DNA of 57,739 bases. Source: Sphingomonas sp. Lineage in GTDB: Bacteria; Pseudomonadota; Alphaproteobacteria; Sphingomonadales; Sphingomonadaceae. The stretch covers positions 1-57,739 of the forward strand of contig PNLG01000208.1 of NCBI GenBank assembly GCA_013822915.1. The letters run 5' to 3'. Position numbers and translations under genes: made by a program. The notes below the pieces were generated by a model. It searched no databases, was not told the origin of the DNA, and was given only the letters and a program-made list of their open reading frames with translations. Position 1 is the first letter of the stretch; each line of letters opens with the position of its first letter. Shown in pieces: positions 55,609 through 57,739 of this stretch.

Positions 55609-56949
55609 TCATGTCGCACGAATATCGACCATGATAGCGAATTCGGTGTCGGTCGTTACGCTTGCAGTTCCATCATGGGCCGCTGCAATTGCAGACACCA
55701 TTGTCAGCCCCAGCCCGTGTCCGGTTGTAGAGCGGCTGCTGTCTGCCCTCGTGAAACGCTGAAATAAGATCGCTGCGGCTTCGGGTGACACGCCGGGACC
55801 GTCATCGGCGACCCTTAACCGCACGCTGGCGCCGGTCCGTTCGAGCGCGACCGTCACTTTGGTGCCGACGGGTGTGTGCGCAATCGCGTTGTCGAGCAAA
55901 TTGCTGAGCAGCCGCTGGAGCAATCGGCGGTCGCCTTGGACGACGATGCCCGGGGCAATGGCGGATTCCAATCGATGCCCGCTGGCTTCCATGGCCGGTC
56001 GATAGACTTCGATCAGGTCGGTTACGAGCGCGCTCAGCGACACGTCGGTGAAATGGGCGCGGGCGCTCATGCCCTCGACCTCGGCGATCCGCAGCAGCGC
56101 GGCGAAGATCTCCAGCAAGTCGCGTGCTTCGGCTGCCGCTGCCTCGATAGCCACAAGTTGAATAGCACGGTCGTCGCTCGCCAGCGCTTCGTCGAGGCGG
56201 TTATGCAGGCGCGTGAGCGGCGTGCGAAGGTCATGGGCGACGTCGCTCGATACCTGCCGCAGGTTGTCCATCAGCCCGCCGATCCGGTCGAGCATGCGGT
56301 TAAGCGTGGCGGCCACCCCGTCGAACTCATCGCCGCTGCCGGTGACCGGCACCCGCCGTGCGAGGTCGCCATCGATGATCGCCAAGGCGGTCCGGTCGAT
56401 CCGGGCCAGCCGCGCGCGCGTGACCGCGCCGACGATCCAGGCGGCAGCGATTCCCAGCAGCAGCATCGCCCCGAACGCACCGGCGAACAGCCGCAGCAAC
56501 GTGACATCTATCTCATCGATCACCGCGCGGTCGGCGGCAACGAGCAGTCGGTGCCCACTTGGCAAGATCGTGGTCAGCGACTGTGCAATACGGCGCTCGC
56601 CAGCCTCGGTGTAGGGCAGCAGTTCGACGTAGCCCGGCTTGGTCGGCACGGGCGCGTCGAGCCGCCCAGCGACCCGGCGACCGGCGGCATCGACCAGCAC
56701 ATAGGCAAGGCTCGCTGTGCTGCGCGCGGCCTCGCGGCGACGGATCGCCGCAGCGATGCCGGTCGGCCCGTCATCGCCCTCGTCGATCAATGCCTGCGTC
56801 TCGGCGGCGATGCGGTGGTCGAGCTGCTGTTCGAGCGCTTCATGCGTCGTCTCGAACGCGACCACGCCGATCGCCAAGGTCGCCAGGGCAAAACCAAAGG
56901 CAACTATTGCAACGAGCCCAAATGTGCCGCGCCACCAGCGCTTCATCAC
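55609..56949 (-). CDS. HAMP-domain sensor histidine kinase
   Basis: Two TM helices, HAMP, AHDLRTPL H-box, NLLDNA, DDGPG and GHGLGL. Confidence 0.95.
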   Translation of the reverse strand: MMKRWWRGTFGLVAIVAFGFALATLAIGVVAFETTHEALEQQLDHRIAAETQALIDEGDDGPTGIAAAIRRREAARSTASLAYVLVDAAGRRVAGRLDAPVPTKPGYVELLPYTEAGERRIAQSLTTILPSGHRLLVAADRAVIDEIDVTLLRLFAGAFGAMLLLGIAAAWIVGAVTRARLARIDRTALAIIDGDLARRVPVTGSGDEFDGVAATLNRMLDRIGGLMDNLRQVSSDVAHDLRTPLTRLHNRLDEALASDDRAIQLVAIEAAAAEARDLLEIFAALLRIAEVEGMSARAHFTDVSLSALVTDLIEVYRPAMEASGHRLESAIAPGIVVQGDRRLLQRLLSNLLDNAIAHTPVGTKVTVALERTGASVRLRVADDGPGVSPEAAAILFQRFTRADSSRSTTGHGLGLTMVSAIAAAHDGTASVTTDTEFAIMVDIRAT

Positions 56950-57620
56950 TCGCCCCGGATCATATAGCCAGCACCGCGCACCGTCTCGATCGGATCGGTA
57001 TCGAACCCGGCGTTGAGCTTTGACCGCAACCGGCTCAAATGCGTTTCGACGATATTGGTCTTCGGATCGAAATCGAAATCCCAGACGCGCTCCAGCAGCA
57101 TGGTGCGCGTCATCACCCGGCCAGGATTGCGCATCAGTTCGGCGAGCAGCACGAATTCGCGTGGCTGAAGCGCGACGCGCCGACCCGCGCGTGTCGCTGT
57201 GCGACGATCCAGGTCGAGGACGATATCGCCGACCTCAAGGCGTGCCGGCTGCACTGACGTCACCGGGCGACGACCCAGCGCCATGACCCGCGCGGCGAGT
57301 TCGCTAAACGCAAAGGGCTTGACCAGATAGTCATCAGCGCCGCCCTCTAATCCCTCGACCCGGTCGGCGATGCCATCGATCGCCGTGAGCATCAGCACGG
57401 GCGTGGTGTCGCCGGTAGCGCGCAGCGCCTTGACGAGGGATAGGCCGTCGAGGCCGGGGAGCATCCGATCGACCACCAGCGCATCGAACCCGCCCTCAGT
57501 CGCCTGGAACAGCCCGTCGCGGCCATCGGCGCTGGCGACGATCTGGTGCCCCAGTTCGGAAAGGCCGCGGGCGACGAAGCGGTTGGTGTCGGCGTCGTCT
57601 TCGACGATCAAGATGCGCAT
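56946..57620 (-). CDS. OmpR-family response regulator (CusR/CopR-like)
   Basis: VEDD, DRMLP, KPF and winged-helix TVRGAGY. Confidence 0.95.
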   Translation of the reverse strand: MRILIVEDDADTNRFVARGLSELGHQIVASADGRDGLFQATEGGFDALVVDRMLPGLDGLSLVKALRATGDTTPVLMLTAIDGIADRVEGLEGGADDYLVKPFAFSELAARVMALGRRPVTSVQPARLEVGDIVLDLDRRTATRAGRRVALQPREFVLLAELMRNPGRVMTRTMLLERVWDFDFDPKTNIVETHLSRLRSKLNAGFDTDPIETVRGAGYMIRGE

Positions 57621-57624
57621 CGCG

Positions 57625-57738
57625 TCATTCTAGCGGCGACGCAGCAGTGCGCCAGCCTCCGCCGAGCGCACGGAACAGCGCGACTTGCGCCTGTGCGATG
57701 GCAAGATCGGACTGGGCGACGGCGAGCGACGCCTGCGC
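57625..57738 (-). CDS. 3' end of a TolC/NodT-family outer-membrane efflux protein (partial)
   Basis: Own translation AQASLAVAQSDLAIAQAQVALFRALGGGWRTAASPLE*; LFRALGGGW is the OEP C-terminal signature. Confidence 0.8.
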   Translation of the reverse strand, partial: AQASLAVAQSDLAIAQAQVALFRALGGGWRTAASPLE

Positions 57739-57739
57739 C

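Overview
GC-rich alphaproteobacterial (sphingomonad-like) chromosomal window in three parts. (1) 1-23.6 kb is ordinary core/catabolic DNA: Gfo/Idh/MocA dehydrogenase, TonB-dependent receptor, MFS transporter, YeiH, LacI regulator, class A PBP, threonine aldolase, EamA, epimerase, pepN, fzlA-like GST, gltD-gltB, uppP and an NDUFA9-like epimerase, ending in tRNA-Leu(CAG). (2) About 23.73-55.61 kb is an apparently complete ~31.9 kb integrative mobilizable element inserted at the tRNA 3' end and bounded by a 17/19 direct repeat. Its large serine recombinase reads through the att site, so integration and excision are predicted to swap its C-terminal tail. The backbone carries a ParB-like gene, hypothetical genes, a MobA/MobL relaxase, an IncP TraH-like gene and repeated non-coding motifs. 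The cargo is an unusual cluster of three paralogous PolB-type 3'-5' exonucleases with graded active-site decay plus a Lon-like AAA ATPase, then a dense defence island: a type IIG R-M enzyme, a hypothetical/XRE-ImmA/TIR operon, and a WYL-headed operon with several nucleases, a multi-domain McrBC and a CoiA-MbcA/ParS-like fusion. (3) 55.6-57.7 kb holds a sensor kinase, a response regulator and the 3' end of a TolC-family gene. All family calls come from motif recognition by eye, not from database searches.
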